From Armatimonadota bacterium (GTDB lineage Bacteria; Armatimonadota; Armatimonadia; Armatimonadales; Armatimonadaceae), in assembly GCA_030833025.1 (NCBI GenBank), contig JAURHZ010000001.1, forward strand, positions 1-30,015: a stretch of DNA of 30,015 nt. The letters run 5' to 3'. Under the pieces are notes generated by a model. It was given only the letters and a program-made list of their open reading frames with translations, did not search any database and was not told the DNA's origin. Positions within the stretch are counted from its first letter, which is position 1; each line of letters starts with the position of its first letter. Made by a program: the position numbers and the translations under genes. Below, piece by piece: positions 1-7,755 of this stretch.

Positions 1-391
1 CACCGTCGATACGTCCTATGTACTGAATGGCAGCCACAAGACAAGCCCCGGTGTTTCCTGCAGAGACAGTTGCTGTGGCACGGCCCTGGGCAACTAACTT
101 AGCAGCAACCACAAGGGATGCATCAGGCTTTGAACGCACCGATTGCATTGGGTGATCACACATCCCAATTTCTTCGGATGTATGAACAATCTCAATTGAA
201 GGGTGATTCTCAGCACCTTCGGCAGCCAGTACATCGCGGATGACGGCCTCATCCCCCACGAGCAACAACGTGACGTTTTCACTGTCATCGCTGCCATCAC
301 GGAGGAATTGGACCGCACCACGAACGACTACACCAGGACCATGATCGCCCCCCATCGCATCGACGGAGAGAGTTATCGCTTCAAGAGACAC
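1..391 (-). CDS. plsX: Phosphate acyltransferase PlsX, 5' part (runs off the window edge; not in the ORF track)
   Basis: Manual translation from GTG at 391: MSLEAITLSVDAMGGDHGPGVVVRGA...LLLVGDE...SVRSKPDASLVVAAKLVAQGRATATVSAGNTGACLV. It contains the PlsX motifs DAMGGD and SAGNTGA, is open to position 1, has AGGT 7 nt upstream, and follows rpmF as is typical. Confidence 0.93.
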   Translation of the reverse strand, partial: MSLEAITLSVDAMGGDHGPGVVVRGAVQFLRDGSDDSENVTLLLVGDEAVIRDVLAAEGAENHPSIEIVHTSEEIGMCDHPMQSVRSKPDASLVVAAKLVAQGRATATVSAGNTGACLVAAIQYIGRIDG

Positions 392-408
392 TGTGATGAC
401 CTAACCGA

Positions 409-600
409 TTAGCCGTTAACTTCGGCCTTTGGCGTCAGCCACTGGCGACCGTTGTAGTAACCACAGCTGGAACAGATGTGGTGAGCACGCGCTGCGGCGC
501 CACAGCGCTTGCAGGTCGTGAGGGTTGGAGACGTGAGTTTATAGTGCGTTCGGCGCTTCGCTTGGCGGGTCGACGAATGGCGGCGCTTGGGCAGTGGCAT
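409..600 (-). CDS. rpmF: 50S ribosomal protein L32 (zinc-ribbon, Cys-containing form)
   Basis: MPLPKRRHSSTRQAKRR...CKRCG...HHICSSCGYYNGR; AAGGA upstream; yceD-rpmF-plsX context. Confidence 0.97.
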   Translation of the reverse strand: MPLPKRRHSSTRQAKRRTHYKLTSPTLTTCKRCGAAARAHHICSSCGYYNGRQWLTPKAEVNG

Positions 601-690
601 GGCTATGCAATTCCTTTACGATGTGTAAGGTGCGTCGTTAATCGGCGTACCTTCCAAGTTGGAGAGTCTATCGTGAACGGGACAAGGATG

Positions 691-1368
691 CTACTCTGCG
701 GACGAATTTGCTTCGAGGAGAGCGGCTAAACCTGCAAATGGACGCTGTGTATCCGATGGAAGCGCTTCGGCTTCGGGCTCAGTTGAGTACGTGGCATGCC
801 CCTCACAGGTATCCCCGCAAAAAGGCTGCAACGGCTCTGCAAGGATAAGGGATTGTCGAAGCAGCTCTGCAACATCGAGGACTGTGCCCTCGATGACAGG
901 AGCAGTCACGTTCTGATCCACCGCTACGACATCTTCGTGGCGCGTTGCAGTGTTGTCGGCGACGAGGTCGTATTCTTCTTCAAGAACGACCGCCAGCCTC
1001 TCTTCGTAGGACCGGAGGCATCTAGCACATGGCAACCAAACATTCGCGGTTGCCTTTCCACGCAGGATGAGAATCGCCCCGGAATTCGTGAGCGATATCT
1101 TACCCTCTACCTTGCCAGAGACAGGTACATCGCCAGTCTCAGGGTCAAAGCATCCAATCGCAGGAATCGCAATCTGATGCACATAGTGCATCCCGATGGT
1201 CCGGAGAACCTCCGCGATATCGATCTGGAAGGACTCAGGAACGGGAACACCATTCGATGACACCATCGGTTGCGCGGGGACCTGACGCCGTGCAGGAGAA
1301 GCCTGTGTCTTCTTTTCAGGGCGGGGTGGCTTCTCATTCCCCAGATAATTTAAACGTGATGGCTTCAT
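691..1368 (-). CDS. yceD: YceD/DUF177 family protein (large-subunit rRNA accumulation factor family)
   Basis: LPCARCLR, LDVAELLRQSLILAEP.PFC...C and a C-terminal RPFAGLAALL. Start moved from 1530 to the ATG at 1368, which has AGGAG 4 nt upstream and avoids overlap with the upstream gene. Lies directly upstream of rpmF. Confidence 0.88.
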   Translation of the reverse strand: MKPSRLNYLGNEKPPRPEKKTQASPARRQVPAQPMVSSNGVPVPESFQIDIAEVLRTIGMHYVHQIAIPAIGCFDPETGDVPVSGKVEGKISLTNSGAILILRGKATANVWLPCARCLRSYEERLAVVLEEEYDLVADNTATRHEDVVAVDQNVTAPVIEGTVLDVAELLRQSLILAEPLQPFCGDTCEGHATYSTEPEAEALPSDTQRPFAGLAALLEANSSAE

Positions 1369-1432
1369 AGTGCTCCTATTACGGTTCCCGGTCCGACCGG
1401 GTTCCTCAAATGTCCGGGGATCAAACGAATAA

Positions 1433-2065
1433 TTAGCGAATGATGCGTCCGGAATTGCGCTGATCCAGCTGTGCCCGTCCCTTTTGGATGGAGGATTTGA
1501 TGCTGGCAATCCTATGTCCGAAGTCATCATGAATCATCCCAACCGATGCTTCGAGGCTATTGAGGACATCTGCTGCATAGGTATCTGCCCCGGAACGCAT
1601 TTGCTCACTCTCGGCACGCGCGGCATCGCCAATCCGAGCGGCTTCTTCTTCAGCCAGCCGGATGATTTCCCGTGCCTGCTCCTGAGACATCCGCACCACT
1701 TCAGACTTTGAGACTAGACCTTCGGCTTCAAGCCGTGCCCGCTCGTGGATCCGTTGCGCTTCTGCCCGTGCGGCATCAACGACATTTCCGGCTTCCGCAA
1801 GCGCCGCTGCCTTTGTTTGCTCGGCTTCATTCCGTGCAGAACCTACCCGGGAATCTGCTTCATGATGTGCAGCACCGATGATTTCATCCCGCTTTTCACG
1901 GATCACCACGGCTTCCTTCATCTCTGTCGGGAGGGATCCCCGAATCTTGTTCACAATCATCATGAATTCGTCCACATCGATGCGGACAAACCCAAGCACA
2001 CTTTTCGCATCCTCAACCATATGCTCGAGGCGTTCAAGCTCACGCAACGTAACTATAGGATCCAT
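1433..2065 (-). CDS. Coiled-coil protein, SepIVA/DivIVA-like ('ATP synthase subunit b-like') family found between coaD and DUF177
   Basis: N-terminal LERLEHMVEDAK...IDVDEFMMIVNKIRGSLP followed by long Ala/Glu/Arg heptad-like repeats (AEAGNVVDAARAEAQRI). ATG at 2065 has GAGGA upstream. Same position as this family in Actinobacteria and Firmicutes. Confidence 0.72.
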   Translation of the reverse strand: MDPIVTLRELERLEHMVEDAKSVLGFVRIDVDEFMMIVNKIRGSLPTEMKEAVVIREKRDEIIGAAHHEADSRVGSARNEAEQTKAAALAEAGNVVDAARAEAQRIHERARLEAEGLVSKSEVVRMSQEQAREIIRLAEEEAARIGDAARAESEQMRSGADTYAADVLNSLEASVGMIHDDFGHRIASIKSSIQKGRAQLDQRNSGRIIR

Positions 2066-2129
2066 TTGCACTGCTTCCTCAGGACACACTTATGGTAAGT
2101 GCTAATGCACGTACTCTACCGCCAATGTG

Positions 2130-2633
2130 TTACCGTTGGCATGAATTGACATCAAAGCGGCGGCGTAGCGCCGACATCACTACGGATGGCACCAACGGAC
2201 TACAATCACCCCCAACGCGGACCATTTCCTTTACGATGGATGACGACAAAAATTGATATTCCGCGCTTGTCATCAGGAACATCGTTTCGACAGTTGGGTC
2301 TAAGTGCCGGTTTGCAAGTGCCATTTGAAATTCGTATTCAAAGTCCGATATCGCGCGGAGGCCTTTGACCAACACCGATGCTCCATGTTGCTTGGCGAAC
2401 GCAACCAGCATTCCATCAAAGCTTTCCACTTCAACATTGTCCAGATCACTAACTGCAGCCTGTATCAGTGCGACGCGCTCATCGGCCGTGAAAAGTGGTG
2501 ACTTCCCAGCATTGCGTCCCACGCCGACGATAACCTTGTCAAAAATGCCCGCTGCACGGCGGATGACATCCAAATGTCCATTGGTCACTGGGTCAAACGA
2601 CCCTGGATAGACCGCGATGCGTTGCTTATTCAT
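2130..2633 (-). CDS. coaD: Phosphopantetheine adenylyltransferase
   Basis: AVYPGSFDPVTNGHLDVI, KGLRAISDFEYEFQMALANR, SSSIVKE. ATGA overlap with the recG stop at 2630-2633. Confidence 0.98.
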   Translation of the reverse strand: MNKQRIAVYPGSFDPVTNGHLDVIRRAAGIFDKVIVGVGRNAGKSPLFTADERVALIQAAVSDLDNVEVESFDGMLVAFAKQHGASVLVKGLRAISDFEYEFQMALANRHLDPTVETMFLMTSAEYQFLSSSIVKEMVRVGGDCSPLVPSVVMSALRRRFDVNSCQR

Positions 2634-4708
2634 GCCACTGCCCCCACATCCACACTATCGATATATTCCTCAACACGTCGAATGACGTTACAATTCTCCG
2701 ACGTATCCGGATTACGCAGGACATCGCGGATATCCTCAGCAGCCTCCCGGCTCAGATCAGCATCGGTTCCGAGATTTGTTACTCGCAGCTGAGGTACGCC
2801 ACTTTGCCGTAAGCCGATGACATCGCCAGGGCCGCGCAGCCGGAGGTCCTCCATGGCAATCACAAACCCATCGGTTGTGGATGTCATTACGGTAAGACGC
2901 TGCATTCCAATATCGGTCGGATTTGCCGATGTGACCAGAACGCAAAAACTCTGTTGATCTCCGCGACCAACGCGTCCCCGAAGCTGGTGTAGCTGTGCCA
3001 GCCCAAACTGGTCAGCCGCTTCTATGACAATCGCATTTGCCCGTGGCACATCGACGCCTACTTCGATAACGGTTGTTGCTAGCAGCACATCGATGTCACC
3101 CCTACGAAAGGCATCCATTACCTGCGTCCGTTCCTCTTCACGCAGCTGACCGTGTACCATGCCAAGTCTTACATCGCGTAACCAGCCTTGAGACAGGTCT
3201 TTCATGAGCCCAATGACGGATTCCATTTCACCATTGCCATCTGGAGAAATCGCCGGGCAGACCACGTAGGCCTGGCCACCATCCGATACGACCTTGCGCA
3301 CCCCCTCATAGACCTTGCCGCGTTGCTCCTGCCCGCGTACGTGTGTGCGAATCGGCTTTCTGCCGGTAGGGAGGGTTGTAATCGTAGATACATCGACATC
3401 GCCGACGGTCACCTGTGTCATTGTCCGGGGAATCGGCGTCGCACTCATCAGGAGCATGTGAGAAATACCGTGTAGGGGCTTTGTCATTAGCGTGTTCCGC
3501 TGCCCGACTCCGAAGCGATGTTGTTCATCCACAACGCTCAGCGCCAGGCGTGGAAGCTTAACCGACGCTTCAAGGATGGCATGCGTAGCCACGATGACCA
3601 TCGGCTCGCCGGCAGCCAGCTGGTCAAGCACAGGACGCCGTTGTTTTTCCGCAACACTACCGCTAAGGAATTCCACCCGATACCCAAGTGGCTCGATGAG
3701 CCGTCTGAGAACTGTGAGTTGTTGTCTTGCAAGGAGCTCAGTGGGTGCAAGAAATGCTCCCTGATAACCGCTCGCAAGTGTTGCGAGGAGCCCTGCCGCA
3801 GCAACCACGGTTTTGCCACAGCCGACATCCCCTTGAATAAGGCGAAGCATCCCGGTTGGCATCGCCAACCCTTCGGCAATCTCTTGAATGACCGCTTCCT
3901 GCCCAGATGTAAGAGAAAAAGGGAGGGCAGCGAGGAACTCATTGAATACTGGCTGCGAAAGGGTCACGACCGGGGCTGCTTTATCAGCGAGCAGCAATCT
4001 TCTACTCTGGAGGACGCCGTGGAGGATTAGCAGTTCTTCGTAGGCAAAACGGCGGCGGGCGGTCTCGTGATGCCTCTCCGATGCAGGAGCATGCATGTCC
4101 TTTATCGCCGTCATTAAGTGCGGAAGCTGGTGTTTTGCCCGTAGCGTCCCAGGAAGTAAGTCGTTCAATGTGGGTGCATAAGTGGACAAAGCCAATGCCA
4201 CCCAATCACGGAGGTTTGCTTGTGAAAGTCCCTCTGTTAGCGCATACACCGGTACAAGTCCAAGTGTTGGCGCTTCCGTTTCTCCCATATCGGGCAGGAC
4301 ATTGATGTCCGGGTTTTGGATACTTACTTTGCCATATGCCCGTTTGACTTTACCGAAAAGGGTAATTCGCATCCCTTGGATTCGGGAGAGTTTTGCCTTT
4401 GGAACAAACCAGACAGCTTCCCCTTCTGCACCCGCATCGTCTCTGAATGTAAGCTTTGAAAGAGTCAGGTTTCGCCTTATCGGGCGCTCGGTAAATGACT
4501 CGGCAACACCCGTAACGTATGCAACTTCGCCATCGTTGCATGCGTCAAGCAATGTTGTCTGGGTTCGGTCTTCAAAACGCCTGGGGAATGTGTACAACAG
4601 GTCCTCAACGCTATGAATATCGAGTTTTGCGAGGAGGCGGACCGACTTTGGCCCGATGCCTTTTAGGACGCTGACAGAATCTTGCAAACCCACATGCGCA
4701 TCGTACAT
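2630..4708 (-). CDS. recG: ATP-dependent DNA helicase RecG
   Basis: LKGIGPK...DLLYTFPRRFED N-terminus with wedge domain, LIQGDVGCGKT, DEQHRFGV, MSATPIPRT, QLHQLRGRVGRG and TRG motif EDLRLRGPGD. Confidence 0.98.
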   Translation of the reverse strand: MYDAHVGLQDSVSVLKGIGPKSVRLLAKLDIHSVEDLLYTFPRRFEDRTQTTLLDACNDGEVAYVTGVAESFTERPIRRNLTLSKLTFRDDAGAEGEAVWFVPKAKLSRIQGMRITLFGKVKRAYGKVSIQNPDINVLPDMGETEAPTLGLVPVYALTEGLSQANLRDWVALALSTYAPTLNDLLPGTLRAKHQLPHLMTAIKDMHAPASERHHETARRRFAYEELLILHGVLQSRRLLLADKAAPVVTLSQPVFNEFLAALPFSLTSGQEAVIQEIAEGLAMPTGMLRLIQGDVGCGKTVVAAAGLLATLASGYQGAFLAPTELLARQQLTVLRRLIEPLGYRVEFLSGSVAEKQRRPVLDQLAAGEPMVIVATHAILEASVKLPRLALSVVDEQHRFGVGQRNTLMTKPLHGISHMLLMSATPIPRTMTQVTVGDVDVSTITTLPTGRKPIRTHVRGQEQRGKVYEGVRKVVSDGGQAYVVCPAISPDGNGEMESVIGLMKDLSQGWLRDVRLGMVHGQLREEERTQVMDAFRRGDIDVLLATTVIEVGVDVPRANAIVIEAADQFGLAQLHQLRGRVGRGDQQSFCVLVTSANPTDIGMQRLTVMTSTTDGFVIAMEDLRLRGPGDVIGLRQSGVPQLRVTNLGTDADLSREAAEDIRDVLRNPDTSENCNVIRRVEEYIDSVDVGAVA

Positions 4709-4745
4709 CCAAAAAATATTTCAATGAACGTGATAATTGGTAGAA

Positions 4746-7100
4746 ATGCGCAACCTCAAACCTCTTGCCGCTCTGTTGGCATGTGCTATTCCCGTCATCG
4801 CTGTCGCCGCCGTCATCTCTAATCCACAGGCGGATCAGCGCCTAACCCTCGAGCAGCTCTACCCTGAGAAATCGCTTCTTGGCCGCGGGGCAAGTGGGAT
4901 GCGATGGAGCGCGGATGGCTCGCAGCTCATATACCAATGGTCCCCCTATCAAGCTGGTTTGAAGACATCCGTTGGGCAAGACATCTACCTGTACACGCGC
5001 TCTAGTGGCAAAACAACTCGGTTGACATCACCGGAAATGTTCCGCTCGGTAGACCGTGACATCCCCAAAGTGCTCGAGCAGCTTCTCGAAGAGCAGAAGG
5101 TACTCGATTCCCGCAAGGGCCTAACCGACAAGGAACGAAAAGTCCTCGAGGATGCCGACAAGGAAAAGGACAAGGAGCGTAAAGAGCCTCGTAAGTCCTA
5201 TCCAGGTGTTGCCGAGGCAGTTTTGTCCGAGTCCGGCACTGAGCTGTTGCTGACTTACAAGGGAGATATTTATCGGCTAGCATTATCGGCTGATGCCAAA
5301 CCGGTCCGCCTGACGCGAACGGCTGATGTTGAGGCTGATGTCCGCTGGACGCCCGGAGACAAGGGATTCACCTTCCGTCGTGGTGAGCACATTTACCGAC
5401 GCATTTTTGGCGATGTAATCGAAGCGCAGATTTCGCCAGTCCTTCCGGATGGACTTAAGGTCGAGCAATATTGGCTCTCCAAGGATGGCTCCCGCATTGG
5501 TGTGCTTTCCAGCAAGCGAACCGGGCCTCCATCAAAGAATGTCACCTATATCGTGTACCGCGACCGGTTTGCGGAGGCAAAGACGACCCCGCGCGACACC
5601 GGGGATGACCCAGACCGTAACGAATCGTATGTGTTTATAGCGGACACTGACCCTGACACGGATGTGTCCAAAGGTGATGGTAAGCCGTGGCAGGTCTACA
5701 AGAAGAATGCTGGTGAGGCGGGTGACATTGCGGTGAGCAATGAGCCATTCACCGCTGATGGAAGCAAGTTCGTGTTCGCAGCCTGGAAGCGGGACAAGAA
5801 AGAGCTGACGATCAACGTTGCCACTGCATCGGATCGCAAAGTCAAGGCCGTCTTCACCGATTCTCACAATGGAGAACATCGCTCACCTAGTTTGTCAGAC
5901 CCATTCTTCTCTCCAGACGGCAAGCAGATTTGTGTGATGCTTGAAAAGAGCGGCTTCCGCCACGCGTGGCTTATCGACCCTGAGCGCGAAGGTGCGACCC
6001 AGCTGACCAAGGGTGACTTTGAAGTCTATCCACTTCAGTACACCAAGGATGGCGCTACGCTGATCGTTCGGTCATCCAAAGAAGATGCTGCCCGCATGGA
6101 CCTTTATCGGGTGCCGTTGGCATCTGGGGAGCTGCAGCGCTGGACAAGCGAAGATGGCCGCCACCGCAACGTAGTGGTTTCAGCGGATGGTTCTCAGTAC
6201 GCGGCTATCCATGGCAGCTGGGTCCAGCTTCCAGAACTGGTTGTTTCTAGCAGTGGAACGCGTGAAAAGCGATTGACCAGTAGCCACTCCAAAGAAGCTG
6301 CAGGCGTATACCAGCGTGTTCCAACATCGCGATTTACGTACACAAACCGCCATGGTTTACCGGTGCACGGAACGCTGATGTTGCCAAAGAACACTAAGCC
6401 AGGGACCCAGCTGCCATTGTTGGTGTATGTGTACGGCGGGCCGCTGGGCGAAGATCATCAGGTCACGGATGGCCAAACGGACCGCTTTGGCATTTATGTA
6501 ACAGAAACCCTTGGCTATGCTTATGCCACTATTGACCCGCGGGGTACCAGCGGACATGGCGGTGTGTTTGGCAAGGCGAACTATGAGCAACCAGGTGTAC
6601 CGCAGGTTGAAGACCTTGTGGATGGCGTGAAGTATCTGCAAGGTAAATATGCCATCGATGCGAAAAAAGTTGGCATCCACGGTTGGAGTTTTGGTGGCTT
6701 CCAGACCCAGATGTGTCTTTACACGGCTCCCGAGACATTTAACCTGGGTATTGCGGGTGCGGGTCCAACGGAATGGCAGAACTACAACAACTGGTATGTG
6801 GGTGGAGTGATTGGTGCAAACAAAAAGGCCGAAGAGCTCGACCAATATAGTTTGACTAAGCTGGCCAAAAACTTGAAGTCCCCACTGATGTTGTTGCACG
6901 GGCTTGAGGATACAAATGTGCTTGCGCAGGACACGATCAAGGTGTATCGAGAGCTTCTTAAGGCTGACAAGGGGGCATTGGTTGAGCTTGTTCTGGACCC
7001 CACGGGTGGCCATGGACTTGGTGGAGACATTAGTCAGCGTCAGCGGATGCAAATCTACGCAGGCTTTTTGGAGCGGCACTGGGGCCGCGTTCAGCAGTAA
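4746..7100 (+). CDS. Secreted S9 family (DPP-IV-like, S9B) serine peptidase with N-terminal beta-propeller
   Basis: Signal-peptide-like MRNLKPLAALLACAIPVIAVAA, WSADG/FSPDG propeller repeats, LLVYVYGGP, DPRGTSGHG, nucleophile GIHGWSFGG, Asp in DTNV and His in GGHG. Start taken at ATG 4746 rather than TTG 4737. Confidence 0.9.
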   Translation: MRNLKPLAALLACAIPVIAVAAVISNPQADQRLTLEQLYPEKSLLGRGASGMRWSADGSQLIYQWSPYQAGLKTSVGQDIYLYTRSSGKTTRLTSPEMFRSVDRDIPKVLEQLLEEQKVLDSRKGLTDKERKVLEDADKEKDKERKEPRKSYPGVAEAVLSESGTELLLTYKGDIYRLALSADAKPVRLTRTADVEADVRWTPGDKGFTFRRGEHIYRRIFGDVIEAQISPVLPDGLKVEQYWLSKDGSRIGVLSSKRTGPPSKNVTYIVYRDRFAEAKTTPRDTGDDPDRNESYVFIADTDPDTDVSKGDGKPWQVYKKNAGEAGDIAVSNEPFTADGSKFVFAAWKRDKKELTINVATASDRKVKAVFTDSHNGEHRSPSLSDPFFSPDGKQICVMLEKSGFRHAWLIDPEREGATQLTKGDFEVYPLQYTKDGATLIVRSSKEDAARMDLYRVPLASGELQRWTSEDGRHRNVVVSADGSQYAAIHGSWVQLPELVVSSSGTREKRLTSSHSKEAAGVYQRVPTSRFTYTNRHGLPVHGTLMLPKNTKPGTQLPLLVYVYGGPLGEDHQVTDGQTDRFGIYVTETLGYAYATIDPRGTSGHGGVFGKANYEQPGVPQVEDLVDGVKYLQGKYAIDAKKVGIHGWSFGGFQTQMCLYTAPETFNLGIAGAGPTEWQNYNNWYVGGVIGANKKAEELDQYSLTKLAKNLKSPLMLLHGLEDTNVLAQDTIKVYRELLKADKGALVELVLDPTGGHGLGGDISQRQRMQIYAGFLERHWGRVQQ

Positions 7101-7133
7101 GGCAGCATTGTTAGTGAAAGGCAGGAACACAGT

Positions 7134-7580
7134 ATGCCAAGAGTAGAGAGTTCGGCGATAATCCCGGCATCCCGGGACAAAGTACTTGCCGTCGCGCAAA
7201 ACAACGAGGCGTTTCCGGAATTTATGGAAGATGTTTCGTCGGTTACCGTTTTAGAGCGATCTGACGATGGCCTTCGCGTTGTGAGTGACTGGGTCGGAAT
7301 CGTCCCAAAGTTTGGCGCCAAGGTCAAGTGGACAGAAGAAGACATTTGGGATTTGGATGCAGGAACATGTACCTTTAGGCAGCTGAAGGGTGATTATGAC
7401 CAGTTCGAGGGGATTTGGACATTTACAGCAGTGGATGCAAACACAACGCGATTCGACTGTCAAATCGACTATCAGCTCGAGATTCCATTGGTTGGGCCAC
7501 TGATTAAAGCAATCATTTTGAAGACGATGCAGAACAACGTAGATGCAACGGCAAAGGCCCTCGCAGAGCGTTGTGCATAG
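7134..7580 (+). CDS. SRPBCC/START-fold protein (polyketide cyclase/dehydrase, CoQ10/RatA-like)
   Basis: VESSAIIPASRDKVLAVAQNNEAFPEFM...GDYDQFEGIWTF...IDYQLEIPLVGPLIKAII, a typical pattern and length (148 aa). AGGA upstream. Confidence 0.82.
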   Translation: MPRVESSAIIPASRDKVLAVAQNNEAFPEFMEDVSSVTVLERSDDGLRVVSDWVGIVPKFGAKVKWTEEDIWDLDAGTCTFRQLKGDYDQFEGIWTFTAVDANTTRFDCQIDYQLEIPLVGPLIKAIILKTMQNNVDATAKALAERCA

Positions 7581-7664
7581 AAATTAAGCATCCGGTAGTT
7601 ACGAAATAGCGGGAAATAAGTGGATTGATGCATCATGTATAACGGTGTATTGCTATATAGGCGC

Positions 7665-7694
7665 TTGACCTTGTTGGCAGTACCATCGTATACT
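7665..7694 (+). promoter_or_regulatory. Sigma70-type promoter for the beta-propeller gene
   Basis: TTGACC (7665-7670), 18-nt spacer, TATACT (7689-7694), located about 60 nt upstream of the ATG at 7756. Confidence 0.7.
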
Positions 7695-7755
7695 TGCCCC
7701 AAGCATCGTCCGGGCGCACAGTGTGACGCCCCAACAACGCGTGAAGGTATCCAAT

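Noticed and set aside
94-412. ORFs 94..321 (-) and 203..412 (+) from the track
   Set aside because: Both are alternative-frame or antisense readings of plsX, whose real frame (391 to the edge) has clear PlsX motifs.
1387-1401. Hairpin CCCGGT-CCG-ACCGGG in the sepIVA-like/yceD gap, initially reminiscent of an SRP RNA loop
   Set aside because: It lacks the SRP domain IV consensus, is too short, and has no U-tract. At most a local mRNA stem.
1369-1530. N-terminal 54 aa of the computed yceD ORF
   Set aside because: It overlaps the upstream gene's 3' end, and a strong AGGAG-ATG lies at 1368.
796-4616. Several 130-170 aa antisense or alternate-frame ORFs (796..1260, 3518..4030, 3538..3942, 4182..4616)
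   Set aside because: They lie wholly within yceD or recG and look like shadow ORFs.
6357-7199. 280-aa antisense ORF
   Set aside because: It shadows the well-supported S9 peptidase, and the protein has no recognisable motifs.
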